Positions 8,330-19,652 are shown, numbered from the stretch's first letter. The stretch: DNA of 64,000 nt from Clostridia bacterium (GCA_017415805.1 JAFQEC010000008.1:108111-172110); one strand, 5' to 3'. Notes: generated by a model not told the origin, from the sequence alone. Numbers and translations are program-made.

Positions 8330-9871
8330 TTATTTGGCGTAGTCCACGGCGCGCGACTCGCGGATCAGATTCACCTTAATCTGTCCGGGGTACTTCACCT
8401 CGTCCTGGATCTTCTTGGCCATATCGCGGGCGATGAGCTTCATGCCCTCGTCGGTCACGTCCTCGGGCTTGACCATCACGCGCAGCTCGCGGCCTGCCTG
8501 GATGGCATAGGCCTTCTCCACGCCGCCAAAGCCCTTGGCGATCTCCTCAAGCTTCTCGAGGCGCTTGATGTAGTTTTCGAGATCCTCGCGGCGTGCGCCC
8601 GGGCGCGATGCCGAGATGGCATCTGCCGCCTGCACCAGAATGGCGATGACGGTCTGGGGCTCGACGTCGTTGTGATGCGCCTCAATGGCGTGGATCACAT
8701 CGCGGCTCTCCTTATACTTGCGTGCTACGTTGACACCCAGCTCCACGTGCGTGCCCTCCACGTCGTGAGGGAAGGCCTTGCCGATGTCGTGCAAGAGGCC
8801 CGCACGCTTGGCAGTTGCGGCGTCCACGCCCAGCTCCTCGGCCATGATGCCCGCAAGGAATGCGGTCTCGATCGAGTGCTTGAGCACGTTCTGGCCGTAG
8901 CTGGTACGGTAGCGCAGACGGCCGAGCAGCTTGATCAGCTCGGGGTGCAGGTTGGGGATGCCCACCTCATAGGTGGCGCGCTCGCCCGCCTGCTTGACGA
9001 CCGCCTCGACCTCGCGGCGGCTCTTTTCCACCGTCTCCTCGATGCGGGCGGGGTGGATACGGCCGTCGGAAATGAGACGCTCCAGTGTGAGGCGTGCGAC
9101 CTCGCGGCGAACGGGATCGAAGCCCGAGAGGGTGATCGCCTCGGGGGTGTCGTCAATGATCAGCTCCACACCCGTCAGGGTCTCGAGCTTTTGAATGTTG
9201 CGGCCCTCGCGGCCAATGATGCGGCCCTTCATCTCCTCACTGGGGATCTGCACCACCGAGATGGTGGATTCGGCCACGTGATCGGTGGCACAGCGCTGAA
9301 TGGCCAGCGAGAGAATGTTGCGCGCCTTGGTGTCGGCATCCTCGCGGAACTGCGTCTCCAGCTCGTCAAGGCGCTGGGCCAGCTCATGCTTGACCTCGCC
9401 CTCCACGCGCTCGATCAGCTCCTCCTTTGCCTCCTCCGCGGTCAGCCCCGCAATGCCCTCCAGCACGCGCTTGTGCTGCTCGAGCGTGGCGGTGATCTCC
9501 TCACGCAGTGCATCGTTGTCACGGATCTTCTGATCCAGGGTCTCGTTCTTGCGGTCGAGTGCCTCGGCCTTACGGTCCAGCGTTTCTTCCTTTTGGGTGA
9601 GGCGTCGCTCGGCGTGTGTAACCTCGGCACGGCGCTCCTTGATCTCGGCATCCGCCTCGTTGCGGCGGCGCAGGATCTCCTCTTTTGCTTCAAGCAGGCT
9701 CTCTTTTTTCAGCGCTTCCGCTTTTTTTGTGCTTTCGTCCAGGATACGTGCCGCCTCGGCCTTTGCCGAGCCGATGCGCTTTTGACCAAATCCGCGGCTG
9801 AAAAACCAGCCTGCGGCAACGCCGAGCACCAGAGCTGCTGCAATCAATCCAATTGCAAGTCCAATTTCCAT
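8330..9871 (-). CDS. rny: ribonuclease Y
   Basis: N-terminal TM helix, coiled coil, KH and HD domains, 513 aa. Confidence 0.95.
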   Translation of the reverse strand: MEIGLAIGLIAAALVLGVAAGWFFSRGFGQKRIGSAKAEAARILDESTKKAEALKKESLLEAKEEILRRRNEADAEIKERRAEVTHAERRLTQKEETLDRKAEALDRKNETLDQKIRDNDALREEITATLEQHKRVLEGIAGLTAEEAKEELIERVEGEVKHELAQRLDELETQFREDADTKARNILSLAIQRCATDHVAESTISVVQIPSEEMKGRIIGREGRNIQKLETLTGVELIIDDTPEAITLSGFDPVRREVARLTLERLISDGRIHPARIEETVEKSRREVEAVVKQAGERATYEVGIPNLHPELIKLLGRLRYRTSYGQNVLKHSIETAFLAGIMAEELGVDAATAKRAGLLHDIGKAFPHDVEGTHVELGVNVARKYKESRDVIHAIEAHHNDVEPQTVIAILVQAADAISASRPGARREDLENYIKRLEKLEEIAKGFGGVEKAYAIQAGRELRVMVKPEDVTDEGMKLIARDMAKKIQDEVKYPGQIKVNLIRESRAVDYAK

Positions 9872-9941
9872 AACTTCCTCCTTCTTTCAAAATGATGATT
9901 TCATATATACAAAAATATTCTGTGATTGTATACATTATATC

Positions 9942-9970
9942 ATTATACATTATTTAATTAGACATGTCAA
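9942..9970 (-). promoter_or_regulatory. rny promoter (TTGACA-17-TATAAT)
   Basis: Minus-strand TTGACA (9965-9970), 17-nt spacer, TATAAT (9942-9947). Confidence 0.65.
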
Positions 9971-10012
9971 GGGCGTGCGCGCATTTTATGGGGGCGTAGT
10001 TGTGAAAATTCC

Positions 10013-10041
10013 TTGACAAATGTCGCGCTTTACGCTATAAT
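10013..10041 (+). promoter_or_regulatory. promoter of the HPr-like gene (TTGACA-17-TATAAT)
   Basis: TTGACA 10013-10018, TATAAT 10036-10041. Confidence 0.65.
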
Positions 10042-10091
10042 GATAGCAACACAGGAACCGCTTTCCTGACAACACCGAAAGGAGCCTTCAA

Positions 10092-10325
10092 ATGAAAAGT
10101 GTAAAAATCCGTCTTTCCACCATCGCAGACGTCCGCGATTTTGTCAATATTGTAGCAAAAAGCGATACGGACATTGATCTGGCCTCGGGCCGCTATGTGG
10201 TCGACGGCAAATCCATCATGGGTATTTTCAGCCTGGATCTGCTCTCCCCCATCACGCTGAGTGCACATTCCGACGATACCGACGAGCTCTTTGCCGCGCT
10301 CGACCGTTTCATCATCAAGGAATAA
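10092..10325 (+). CDS. HPr-family protein lacking the His15 phosphorylation site
   Basis: 77 aa; KSIMG (Ser46 region) conserved; no His in the N-terminal half. Confidence 0.8.
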   Translation: MKSVKIRLSTIADVRDFVNIVAKSDTDIDLASGRYVVDGKSIMGIFSLDLLSPITLSAHSDDTDELFAALDRFIIKE

Positions 10326-10345
10326 TTCACCCACAAACGGGTAAA

Positions 10346-10383
10346 GAAAAAGCGCCTTTGCGAAATTCGCAAAGGCGCTTTTT

Positions 10384-10385
<2 letters not shown>
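10346..10385. terminator. bidirectional intrinsic terminator
   Basis: AAAAAGCGCCTTTGCGAA/TTCGCAAAGGCGCTTTTTT perfect palindrome between convergent genes. Confidence 0.8.
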
Positions 10386-11376
<991 letters not shown>

Positions 11377-11387
11377 ACCGTTCTCCT

Positions 11388-12554
11388 TTATTCTGCACAA
11401 ACGGCAAGGATCACCTCTGCCGCTTTTTTGAGCTGCTCCATTGGAATATTGAGTGCGGGAAGCAAGCGCACCTTATGCTTAGCCGTCAGGCACAGCACGC
11501 CGCGCGCGATGCAGGCCTTCACCACCTCGGCGGCGGGCTTTTCGGTCTCAATGCCGATCATCAGGCCAAGACCGCTGACCGACTTCACGCCCTTTGCGTT
11601 TGCAAAGGTCTTGAACAAATACGCGCTTTTTTCCTTCACGGCATCCAACAGTGCACCGTCGATGCGCGAGAGGATGCTGTACGCACCCGCACACGCCACG
11701 GGATTTCCGCCGTAGGTCGAGCCGTGGTCGCCAAAGCCCAGCACGTTCTGTACGCGCTCGCCCAGCATCGCGGCACCGATCGGCAAGCCGCCGCCAAGTC
11801 CCTTGGCGGTGGTCACAACGTCGGGCGTAATACCGTAGTGCATATAGGCATACAGCGCGCCCGTGCGGCCGTTGCCCGTTTGCACCTCGTCCACCATAAA
11901 GACGATGTCCTCACGCGCGGCAAGCGCGGCCGCGCCCTGCACGAAGGCCTTGTCCATCACGTTCACGCCGCCCTCGCCCTGGATACACTCAATTAAAATA
12001 CCCGCAACCTTGTGGGTGGCAACGGCCTGCTCCAGCGCGGCAAGATTCCCCGGCTCTACGTGCACAAACCCGGGCGTCAGGGGCTGATAGAGCTCGTGAT
12101 AATGCTCCTGCCCCGTTGCGGCCAGCGTGGTGAGCGTGCGGCCGTGGAAGCTGTTCTTGAGCGTAATGATGGTGCTGTATTCCGCGCCCTTTTTCTCGGC
12201 GGCGTACTTGCGTGCCACCTTGATGGCACATTCGTTCGCCTCGGCACCCGAATTTGCAAAAAAGACCTTTTTAAGCCCCGTTCTGGTACATAACAGCTCG
12301 GCGAGCTTAGCGCAGGGCTCGGTATAATACAGATTCGAGGTGTGCTGCAGCAGCCCAAGCTGCTCCGTCACGGCCTTTTTCCACGTCTCATCGGCAAAGC
12401 CGAAGGCGGTCACGCCGATGCCCGAGCCAAGATCAATATATTCCTTGCCCTCGGTGTCGTACACCAGCGAGCCCGTACCGCGCACGAGCTCTACGGGAAA
12501 GCGCGCGTACGTGCCTGCAACATAGGCCCGATCCAGCTCCTGTAACGTACTCAT
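11388..12554 (-). CDS. argD: acetylornithine aminotransferase
   Basis: Class-III aminotransferase ([18 protein letters not shown]); arg operon context. Confidence 0.9.
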   Translation of the reverse strand: MSTLQELDRAYVAGTYARFPVELVRGTGSLVYDTEGKEYIDLGSGIGVTAFGFADETWKKAVTEQLGLLQHTSNLYYTEPCAKLAELLCTRTGLKKVFFANSGAEANECAIKVARKYAAEKKGAEYSTIITLKNSFHGRTLTTLAATGQEHYHELYQPLTPGFVHVEPGNLAALEQAVATHKVAGILIECIQGEGGVNVMDKAFVQGAAALAAREDIVFMVDEVQTGNGRTGALYAYMHYGITPDVVTTAKGLGGGLPIGAAMLGERVQNVLGFGDHGSTYGGNPVACAGAYSILSRIDGALLDAVKEKSAYLFKTFANAKGVKSVSGLGLMIGIETEKPAAEVVKACIARGVLCLTAKHKVRLLPALNIPMEQLKKAAEVILAVCAE

Positions 12555-13426
12555 GCCCGTTCCCCCATCACCATCGTGCCTGCGCCCTCGTCGGTGAGCA
12601 GCTCCATGAGGATCGAGTGGGGCACGCGGCCGTCCATGATGATGACGTTCTTCACGCCGCGGTGCAACGCCTCAATGCAGCAATCGACCTTGGGGATCAT
12701 GCCGCCCGAGATCACGCCCTGCTCGAACAGCTCCTCGGCCTCCTCGATCGTGATCGAGGGGATGAGGGTGGTGGGGTCGTCCTTGTCGCGCAGGATCCCT
12801 GCGATGTCGGTCATCATGATCAGACGCTCCGCGCCAAGCGCGCCCGCGATAAAGGCGGCCGCGGTGTCGCCGTTGATGTTATAGGCGTTGCCCTTGCTGT
12901 CACAGCCAATGGTGGAGATCACGGGGATGTAGCCCTTCTCCAAAAGGTCGACAACGGGGTCAATATTGACCTTGGTGATCGAGCCAACGTAGCCCAATCT
13001 CTCGTCCTTCATTTTGGCCTCGATGAGGTGCGCATCCATGCCCGAAAGGCCCATGGCGGTGCCGCCCTTCATCTCCAGAAGGTTGACCAGCGACTTGTTG
13101 ACCTTGCCTGCCAGCACCATCTGCACGATGTCCACGGTCTCCTTATCGGTGACGCGCAGACCGTCCACAAACTCGGGCTTTTTGCCAAGGCGCTGCATCA
13201 GGTCATTAATCTCGGGGCCGCCGCCGTGCACCAGCACGACCTTGACACCAACGAGGTTGAGAAGGACCAAGTCCTCCATCACCTGCTGCTTGAGCTGCTC
13301 GTTGATCATGGCGTTTCCGCCGTATTTCACCACAACGATCTTGCCGTTGTAGCGCTGAATGTGCGGCAGAGCCTGCGTGAGCACCTCTGCGCGCTGTGCA
13401 TTGGAAAAATGATTGTCGATGTTCAT
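12551..13426 (-). CDS. argB: acetylglutamate kinase
   Basis: VVKYGGNAM amino-acid kinase motif; ATG 13426 after GAGAGGAAAA; 4-nt overlap with argD. Confidence 0.95.
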   Translation of the reverse strand: MNIDNHFSNAQRAEVLTQALPHIQRYNGKIVVVKYGGNAMINEQLKQQVMEDLVLLNLVGVKVVLVHGGGPEINDLMQRLGKKPEFVDGLRVTDKETVDIVQMVLAGKVNKSLVNLLEMKGGTAMGLSGMDAHLIEAKMKDERLGYVGSITKVNIDPVVDLLEKGYIPVISTIGCDSKGNAYNINGDTAAAFIAGALGAERLIMMTDIAGILRDKDDPTTLIPSITIEEAEELFEQGVISGGMIPKVDCCIEALHRGVKNVIIMDGRVPHSILMELLTDEGAGTMVMGERA

Positions 13427-13513
13427 AGTTTTCCTCTCGTTTTTGTTCTCACGGGGTTTCGTTATCGCGCCGCTTTTACTATCGATCGGCTGATCGTTCA
13501 GAAGCAAGCGAGG

Positions 13514-13586
13514 CAAGGCGCGACGCAGAAAGCAAGGCGAAGGCGATGTTTGCCATCGTCGAGCCGCTTTCCAGAAAGCAACGCCG
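13514..13586. repeat. intergenic hairpin repeat, copy B
   Basis: GAAAGC-aa-GGC-gaa-GGCGATG-tttgc-CATCGTC-ga-GCC-GCTTTC; 26-nt identity to copy A. Confidence 0.85.
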
Positions 13587-13607
13587 CATCACGCCGCCAA
13601 TCGGCGG

Positions 13608-14822
13608 TCAGGTGCGATAGTCACCATTAATTTTGACATAATCATAAGTCAGATCACAGCCCCAAGCCGTTGCGGCATGTGCACCGTCACCGATGCAGAC
13701 CTTGATCTCGATCTCCTTTTCCAGCAGGATCTGCTTGGCGATCTCCTCGGAGAATTCCACGCCCGCGCCGTTGCGGCAGACCGCGATCTCGCCCTTTGCA
13801 GAGGCAAAGGAAACGTCCACACGGTTTACGTCCACGTCCGCACCGCTGTAGCCGATGGCGCACAGCACGCGCCCCCAGTTGGCATCTGCGCCGAACATCG
13901 CGGCCTTGAGCAGGCTGGAGCAGATCACGCTTTTGGCCACCGTCTTGGCGGTTTTTTCATCGTCTGCACCCGTCACGCGGCACTCGAGCAGCTTGGTCGC
14001 GCCCTCGCCGTCGCCCGCGATCATGCGGCACAGATGCACCGTGACGGTGTTGAGGGCCTGCATAAATGCGGTGAAATCCGCGCCCTCGGCGGTGATCTCG
14101 GCGTTCCCCGCCAGTCCGTTGGCCAGAATCGTGACCATATCGTTGGTCGAGGTGTCGCCGTCCACGCTGGTCATATTAAAGGTGCTCTGAATATCGCTTT
14201 TCAGTGCCTTCCCCAGCATGCTCGCGGAAATAGCCACGTCGGTGGTGATGAAGACCAGCATGGTTGCCATATTCGGGTGGATCATGCCGCTTCCCTTGGC
14301 AATACCGCCGATACGGCAGGTCTTGCCGCCCACGGTGAACTCCACGGCGATCTCCTTTTTGACGGTATCCGTGGTCATAATGCCCTCGGCTGCGGCCTCG
14401 CCGCCGTCGCGCGAGAGCTCCTTTACCAGCTGTGGGATACCTGCGGCGATGGGCGCGATATCAAGGGGCTGACCGATCACACCCGTGGACGCCACCACCA
14501 CGTCGGTGGCGGGGATACCAAGCTCCTTGCCAAGCAGTGCACACATCTGCTCCGCGATCTCGATACCGTTTGCGTTGCAGGTGTTGGCGTTTCCGCTGTT
14601 GCAGATCACCGCCTGCGCAAAGCCGTCGGCAATGTTATTCTTGGTGACCGTCAAGGGTGCACCCTTGACCAAATTCGTGGTATATACGGCCGCCGCGGTG
14701 GCGCGCGTCTCGCTCACGATCAGTGCGATGTCGCGCTTGGTGCGGTTCTTGCGGATGCCGCAATGCACGCCGCTGGCCTTGAAGCCCTTTGCGGCGCAAA
14801 CGCCGCCCGATACTGTTTTCAT
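13608..14822 (-). CDS. argJ: bifunctional ornithine acetyltransferase / N-acetylglutamate synthase
   Basis: Autocleavage region HPNMATMLVFITTD; 404 aa. Confidence 0.95.
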   Translation of the reverse strand: MKTVSGGVCAAKGFKASGVHCGIRKNRTKRDIALIVSETRATAAAVYTTNLVKGAPLTVTKNNIADGFAQAVICNSGNANTCNANGIEIAEQMCALLGKELGIPATDVVVASTGVIGQPLDIAPIAAGIPQLVKELSRDGGEAAAEGIMTTDTVKKEIAVEFTVGGKTCRIGGIAKGSGMIHPNMATMLVFITTDVAISASMLGKALKSDIQSTFNMTSVDGDTSTNDMVTILANGLAGNAEITAEGADFTAFMQALNTVTVHLCRMIAGDGEGATKLLECRVTGADDEKTAKTVAKSVICSSLLKAAMFGADANWGRVLCAIGYSGADVDVNRVDVSFASAKGEIAVCRNGAGVEFSEEIAKQILLEKEIEIKVCIGDGAHAATAWGCDLTYDYVKINGDYRT

Positions 14823-15751
14823 GCTCTCCCTCCGATTGAAAGCCCGACGGTTTCTTCTGTGCCGAGCAGAATGTTCATGTTCTGAATGGCCGCGCCCGAT
14901 GCGCCCTTGCCAAGATTGTCATAGCGTGCGGTGAGCAGAATGCGCTCGGCATTGCCCGCCACCGAGATCTCCATATCGTCGCGCAGCGAGAGCTTGCCCG
15001 CCGAGAGGAATCCCCCCTCGTCGGCCGTCTCCTCAAAATGCACGACGGGTGTGTTGTAGACGGCGCGGTAGATATTTTTGATATCCTCGACCGTTCCCTT
15101 GATATCCTTTGCAAACAGCGGAACGGTAACCTCCATGCCGCTGTAAAAATCCCCCACGATGGGGCAAAAAACAGGCGCGGTGGTGAGGCCCGTAAGCTTG
15201 ACCATCTCAGGCAGGTGCTTGTGGCTCTGCGAGAGGCCGTACTGGCGCGGTGCACCGAGCAGCGCGTCACGCGCCTCGCTCTCATATTCGGCGATCATCT
15301 TCTTGCCGCCCCCCGAATAGCCCGTGAGCGAGAAGCAGGTGAGTGCCGCGTCGCGCGCGAGGATCCCCGCCTTCACAAGGGGGGCGACCAGCGCGAGAAA
15401 CCCACTGGCGTGACAGCCCGGGTTGGCGATGCGGCGGGAAGTGGCAATCTGCTCGCGAAGCCCAAGCTCCGCAAAGCCGTAGGTCCAGCTCTCTGCCGTG
15501 CGGTGCGCCGTGGACGTGTCGATGACGGCGGTGTGACTGTTCTCCACCAACCCCACCGCCTCAATGGCGGCGGTATCGGGCAGGCAGAGGAACACAATGT
15601 CTGCCGCGTTGATCGCCTCACGGCGCGCGGCGGTGTCCTTGCGCAGCTCCTCGGGCAGGGAGATCAGCGTGAGATCGACGCGTGCGGCAAGTCTCTCGCG
15701 GATGCGAAGCCCCGTGGTGCCCGCGCTGCCGTCAATAAAAACCTTTGTCAT
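14819..15751 (-). CDS. argC: N-acetyl-gamma-glutamyl-phosphate reductase
   Basis: Active-site PGCHASG; ATG 15751 after AAGGAG; overlaps argJ and argH by 4 nt each. Confidence 0.9.
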   Translation of the reverse strand: MTKVFIDGSAGTTGLRIRERLAARVDLTLISLPEELRKDTAARREAINAADIVFLCLPDTAAIEAVGLVENSHTAVIDTSTAHRTAESWTYGFAELGLREQIATSRRIANPGCHASGFLALVAPLVKAGILARDAALTCFSLTGYSGGGKKMIAEYESEARDALLGAPRQYGLSQSHKHLPEMVKLTGLTTAPVFCPIVGDFYSGMEVTVPLFAKDIKGTVEDIKNIYRAVYNTPVVHFEETADEGGFLSAGKLSLRDDMEISVAGNAERILLTARYDNLGKGASGAAIQNMNILLGTEETVGLSIGGRA

Positions 15752-17124
15752 TGTGCCAGCTTCTCCTTCACGTATGCGATCTGTGCGCGTACCGACTCGC
15801 GCGAGGTGCCCCCCTCGGAAATGCGGCGGTTGACGCAGGCCTCGAGGTCGATCACGGCATAGAGATCCTCCCCGATGCGATCGCAATGGGCTTGATAGAT
15901 CTCAAGGGGCAGCTTCTCCAAAACCGTACCCTCACGGATACAGTGCGCGACCAACTCGCCCGAGATCTTGTATGCGGTGCGGAAGGGCAAGCCCTTACCC
16001 ACCAGATAATCGGCGAGGTCCGTGGCGTTGATAAAGCCGCCGCTTGCCGCTTTTTTCATGTTTTCGGGCTTGACCGTCATGGTGGCGAGCATCGGGGTGA
16101 GCACCGCGAGACACATCTTTACGGTATCCACCGCGTCAAACACGGCCTCCTTGTCCTCCTGCATATCCTTGTTGTATGCAAGCGGCAGACCCTTGAGCGT
16201 GGTGAGCAGTGCCATCAGATCGCCGTACACGCGCCCCGTCTTGCCGCGGATGAGCTCCGCCATATCGGAATTCTTCTTTTGCGGCATGATCGACGAGCCC
16301 GTGGTATAGGCGTCCGCGAGCTCGATAAATGCAAACTCCCAGCTCGAATACAGGATCAACTCCTCGGCCATGCGCGAGAGGTGCATCATCAAGATCGAGG
16401 AGGAGCTCATAAATTCCAGGCAAAAATCGCGGTCCGAAACACCGTCCAGACTGTTGCGTGCGATCTCGGGGAAGCCGAGTCGCTCTGCCTCAAAGCGGCG
16501 GTCGGTGTTGTAGGTGGTGCCTGCCAGTGCACAGCATCCGATGGGCGACACGTTCATACGCACGCGCGCGTCGGAAAAGCGATCCAGGTCGCGCAAGAGC
16601 ATCATGGCATAGGCCATGAGCCAGTGCCCGAAGGTGATGGGCTGTGCACGCTGCAGATGCGTGTAGCCGGGCATGATGGTGCCCTCGTGCTCGGCGGCGC
16701 GGTCGGAGAGGACCTCCAGCAGCTCACGCAGTGACTCCATGATGCCGTCGGTCTCGGCGCGCAAATGCATGCGCAGATCCAGCGCGACCTGATCGTTGCG
16801 GCTGCGCGCGGTGTGCAGCTTTTTGCCCACGTCGCCAAGACGCTCGGTCAGCACCTGCTCCACGAACATATGGATATCCTCGGCGGCGGGGTCGATCGCG
16901 AGCGCGCCCGATTCGAGATCCGCAAGGATCCCCGAGAGCCCGTCGATGAGCGTATTCGCCTCTGTTTGGGTGAGGATGCCCTGCTTTGCGAGCATCGCGG
17001 CGTGCGCCATGCTGCCCGTGATATCCTCTTTGTACATTCTGCAGTCAAAGCGGATCGAGGAATTGAAATCGTCCGCCACGCGGTCGGTCTCGCCCGCGGT
17101 TCTGCCTGCCCACATCTTTGCCAT
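15748..17124 (-). CDS. argH: argininosuccinate lyase
   Basis: Fumarate-lyase signature GSSIMPQKKN; ATG 17124 after AAGGAG. Confidence 0.95.
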   Translation of the reverse strand: MAKMWAGRTAGETDRVADDFNSSIRFDCRMYKEDITGSMAHAAMLAKQGILTQTEANTLIDGLSGILADLESGALAIDPAAEDIHMFVEQVLTERLGDVGKKLHTARSRNDQVALDLRMHLRAETDGIMESLRELLEVLSDRAAEHEGTIMPGYTHLQRAQPITFGHWLMAYAMMLLRDLDRFSDARVRMNVSPIGCCALAGTTYNTDRRFEAERLGFPEIARNSLDGVSDRDFCLEFMSSSSILMMHLSRMAEELILYSSWEFAFIELADAYTTGSSIMPQKKNSDMAELIRGKTGRVYGDLMALLTTLKGLPLAYNKDMQEDKEAVFDAVDTVKMCLAVLTPMLATMTVKPENMKKAASGGFINATDLADYLVGKGLPFRTAYKISGELVAHCIREGTVLEKLPLEIYQAHCDRIGEDLYAVIDLEACVNRRISEGGTSRESVRAQIAYVKEKLAQ

Positions 17125-17217
17125 GCTACTCTCCTTAAAGAACACCATAGGACTGCCCCCGAAAAAGAGGCAGTCCAAGGCATCGGGCGGGACGCGCTCC
17201 CGCCGCTGTTGCGTTTT

Positions 17218-18441
17218 TTATTTCAGCTTGCCCATGTCGGACATTGCCTGCACCTGGATCGGCAGGCCGAACAGATTGATAAAGCCCTCTGCGTCCTTCT
17301 GGTTGTAGTTGCTCTCACCGAAGGTCGCGATCTCCTCGCTGTACAGCGTGTAGGGGCTCCAAACGCCTGCGTTGATCATGTTGCCCTTATAGAGCTTGAG
17401 GCGCACCTTACCCGTCACGCGCTCCTGCGTCTTGTCCACGAACGCGGCAAGTGCCTCGCGCAAGGGGGTGAACCACTGACCGTTGTAGACCAGCTCGCCG
17501 TAGGTGACGGCCAGCTTCTGCTTCTCGTGCATGGTGTACTTGTCCAGGCAAAGCGTCTCCAGCACGCTGTGTGCCTTGTACAGGATCGCGCCGCCGGGCG
17601 TCTCGTACACGCCGCGGCACTTCATGCCGACCAGGCGGTTCTCGACGATGTCAAGAAGGCCGATGCCGTTCTTGCCGCCGATCTCGTTGAGGGCCAGAAT
17701 GATCTCCTTGGCGCTCATCTTCTTGCCGTCGAGCGCAACGGGTGCGCCCTGCACGAACTCCAGCTCCACGTAGGTGGGGGTGTCGGGTGCCTGAATGGGC
17801 GAAACGCCCATTTCAAGAAAGCCTGCCTTCTCGTACTGCGGCTCGTTGCCCGTGTCCTCCAGATCCAGACCCTCGTGCGAGAGGTGCCAGAGGTTCTTAT
17901 CCTTGGAATAGTTGGTCTCGCGGTTGATCTTCAGCGGCACGTTGTGCGCCTCTGCGTAGTCGATCTCCTCCTCGCGGGACTTGATGTCCCACTCACGCCA
18001 GGGGGCGATGATGGGCATATCGGGTGCAAAGCGCTTGATAGTCAGCTCAAAGCGCACCTGATCGTTGCCCTTGCCCGTGCAGCCGTGGGCGATGGCGTCC
18101 GCGCCCTCCTTCAGGGCGATGTCGACCAGTGCCTTTGCAATGCAGGGACGCGCGTGGCTGGTGCCGAGCAGATATTCCTCGTACAGTGCGCCTGCCTTCA
18201 CGCAGGGAATGATGTAGTTATCCACATAGTCGTCGGTGAGATCGAGCACGTAAAGCTTGGAAGCACCCGTTTTGAGCGCCTTCTCCTCCAGACCCTCGAG
18301 CTCATCGGCCTGGCCCACGTTGCCCGAAACCGCAACGACCTCGCAGTTGTTATAATTTTCCTTCAACCACGGAATGATGATCGAAGTGTCAAGTCCGCCC
18401 GAATACGCCAGAACGACCTTTTTGATGTTTTCCTTATTCAT
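17218..18441 (-). CDS. argG: argininosuccinate synthase
   Basis: [12 protein letters not shown]-binding motif; ATG 18441 after GGAGG. Confidence 0.95.
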   Translation of the reverse strand: MNKENIKKVVLAYSGGLDTSIIIPWLKENYNNCEVVAVSGNVGQADELEGLEEKALKTGASKLYVLDLTDDYVDNYIIPCVKAGALYEEYLLGTSHARPCIAKALVDIALKEGADAIAHGCTGKGNDQVRFELTIKRFAPDMPIIAPWREWDIKSREEEIDYAEAHNVPLKINRETNYSKDKNLWHLSHEGLDLEDTGNEPQYEKAGFLEMGVSPIQAPDTPTYVELEFVQGAPVALDGKKMSAKEIILALNEIGGKNGIGLLDIVENRLVGMKCRGVYETPGGAILYKAHSVLETLCLDKYTMHEKQKLAVTYGELVYNGQWFTPLREALAAFVDKTQERVTGKVRLKLYKGNMINAGVWSPYTLYSEEIATFGESNYNQKDAEGFINLFGLPIQVQAMSDMGKLK

Positions 18442-18453
18442 GTTTGCCTCCGC

Positions 18454-18467
18454 GAATAAATATTCAA
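18454..18467 (-). promoter_or_regulatory. ARG box (ArgR/AhrC operator-like) in the argG 5' UTR
   Basis: Minus strand TTGAATATTTATTC fits TGAAT-wwww-ATTCA; lies between the promoter and the SD. Confidence 0.55.
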
Positions 18468-18490
18468 TGGTTTTGTTTTCCACGCATATG

Positions 18491-18519
18491 ATTATACGCG
18501 CCCTTTATATATTTGTCAA
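18491..18519 (-). promoter_or_regulatory. arg operon promoter (TTGACA-17-TATAAT)
   Basis: Minus-strand TTGACA 18514-18519, TATAAT 18491-18496. Confidence 0.65.
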
Positions 18520-18645
18520 GAGGTTTTCAAAATCTTTTTTCGATTTGTGCAGGATCGTGTGATTTTTATTCGAAATTTCATGAATATTGTGAATAATTAT
18601 AACACGTGAGCTACCCGCAACGCCCTCTGTCGCCATCCCGACGCC

Positions 18646-18675
18646 TTGACAAACGCCCCAACAAGGAATTATAAT
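18646..18675 (+). promoter_or_regulatory. promoter (TTGACA-18-TATAAT) of the asrC-like/ABC operon
   Basis: TTGACA 18646-18651, TATAAT 18670-18675; about 35-nt UTR to ATG 18711. Confidence 0.6.
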
Positions 18676-18710
18676 AAACAAAGAATGAAATTCCACAGGA
18701 GGCTTTTGTT

Positions 18711-19652
18711 ATGAATTACGATCGGAATGCGTTTGTGAAATGTACCGTTCCTGCCCCCGAGGTCGCACGCCTCAAGGGGCTTGGATGCCTGCGCGACAAA
18801 ACCACGCCCGACGCCTTCAACTGCCGTGTGCTCACACGCAACGGGCGCATCTCGGCCGAGGAAATGCACGCCATTGCCGACGCGGCCGCGCGCTTTGGAA
18901 ACGGCAAGATCGCCTTCACCACGCGCCAGACCGCCGAGGTGCAGGGTGTTCGCTTTGATCAGGTGAATGACATGATCGCCTTTCTCGACGCGGCGGGGCT
19001 GTCGATCGGCGGCACGGGGCCGCGCGTTCGCCCCATCGTCTCGTGCAAGGGCACGACCTGCGTGTTTGGCCTTTGCGATACATACGCCCTCTCGGAAAAG
19101 ATCCATCATCTATATTATGTGGGGTACCACGACGTCAAGCTGCCGCACAAATTCAAGATCGCGGTGGGCGGATGCCCCAACAACTGCGTCAAGCCCGATC
19201 TCAACGACGTTGGCATCATCGGTCAGCGTGTGCCTGTGCCGAACGCCGCGCTTTGCCGCGGCTGCGGCGCGTGCGTGCGCGCCTGCCCCATTCACGTGGC
19301 CGAGCTGAAGGACAAGAAATACACGCACAGCGTGGAGTGTAACCGATGCGGCCGCTGTGTGGCGGCCTGTCCCTTTGGTGCGCTGGACGCCGTGGATGGC
19401 TACAAAATGACACTGGGCGGCCGCTGGGGCAAGCAGGTGGCGCGCGGACAAGCCCTCACGCATCTGTTCACCGCCGCGGATGAGGTGCTCTGTGCCGTGG
19501 AAAAGGCCATCCTGCTGTTTCGCGACAAGGGCGTGGCGGGCGAGCGCTTTGCCGATACGCTTGCGCGCATCGGAATGGAAGAAGCCGAGCGGCTGATCCT
19601 CTCCGACGAGCTGCTTTTGCGAAAGGATGAGATCCTTGCGAAGGCTCTGTAA
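18711..19652 (+). CDS. nitrite/sulfite-reductase-family siroheme/[4Fe-4S] protein with ferredoxin insert (AsrC/DsrA-like)
   Basis: SCKGTTC...GGCPNNC coupling-cysteine pattern; CRGCGACVRACP and CNRCGRCVAACP 4Fe-4S motifs. Confidence 0.75.
   Translation: MNYDRNAFVKCTVPAPEVARLKGLGCLRDKTTPDAFNCRVLTRNGRISAEEMHAIADAAARFGNGKIAFTTRQTAEVQGVRFDQVNDMIAFLDAAGLSIGGTGPRVRPIVSCKGTTCVFGLCDTYALSEKIHHLYYVGYHDVKLPHKFKIAVGGCPNNCVKPDLNDVGIIGQRVPVPNAALCRGCGACVRACPIHVAELKDKKYTHSVECNRCGRCVAACPFGALDAVDGYKMTLGGRWGKQVARGQALTHLFTAADEVLCAVEKAILLFRDKGVAGERFADTLARIGMEEAERLILSDELLLRKDEILAKAL

Noticed and set aside
8279-9895. Very long antisense ORFs: 8279..9895, 16765..18459, 33360..34955, 36449..38161, 43582..45147, 5294..6604
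   Set aside because: Each mirrors a well-conserved gene on the opposite strand. The translations are Arg/Ala/Gly/His-rich low-complexity sequences without an RBS, the typical high-GC artefact.
13596-13608. 13-mer gccaatcggcggt shared with 55384-55396 (rpsN/rpsH spacer), as a possible fourth copy of the element
   Set aside because: A 13-nt match is within chance expectation for a 64-kb GC-rich window on both strands, and the flanks do not align.
18676-18710. Cobalamin or other riboswitch upstream of the BtuFCD-like importer operon
   Set aside because: The UTR between the -10 and the ATG is only ~35 nt, too short for any riboswitch aptamer.
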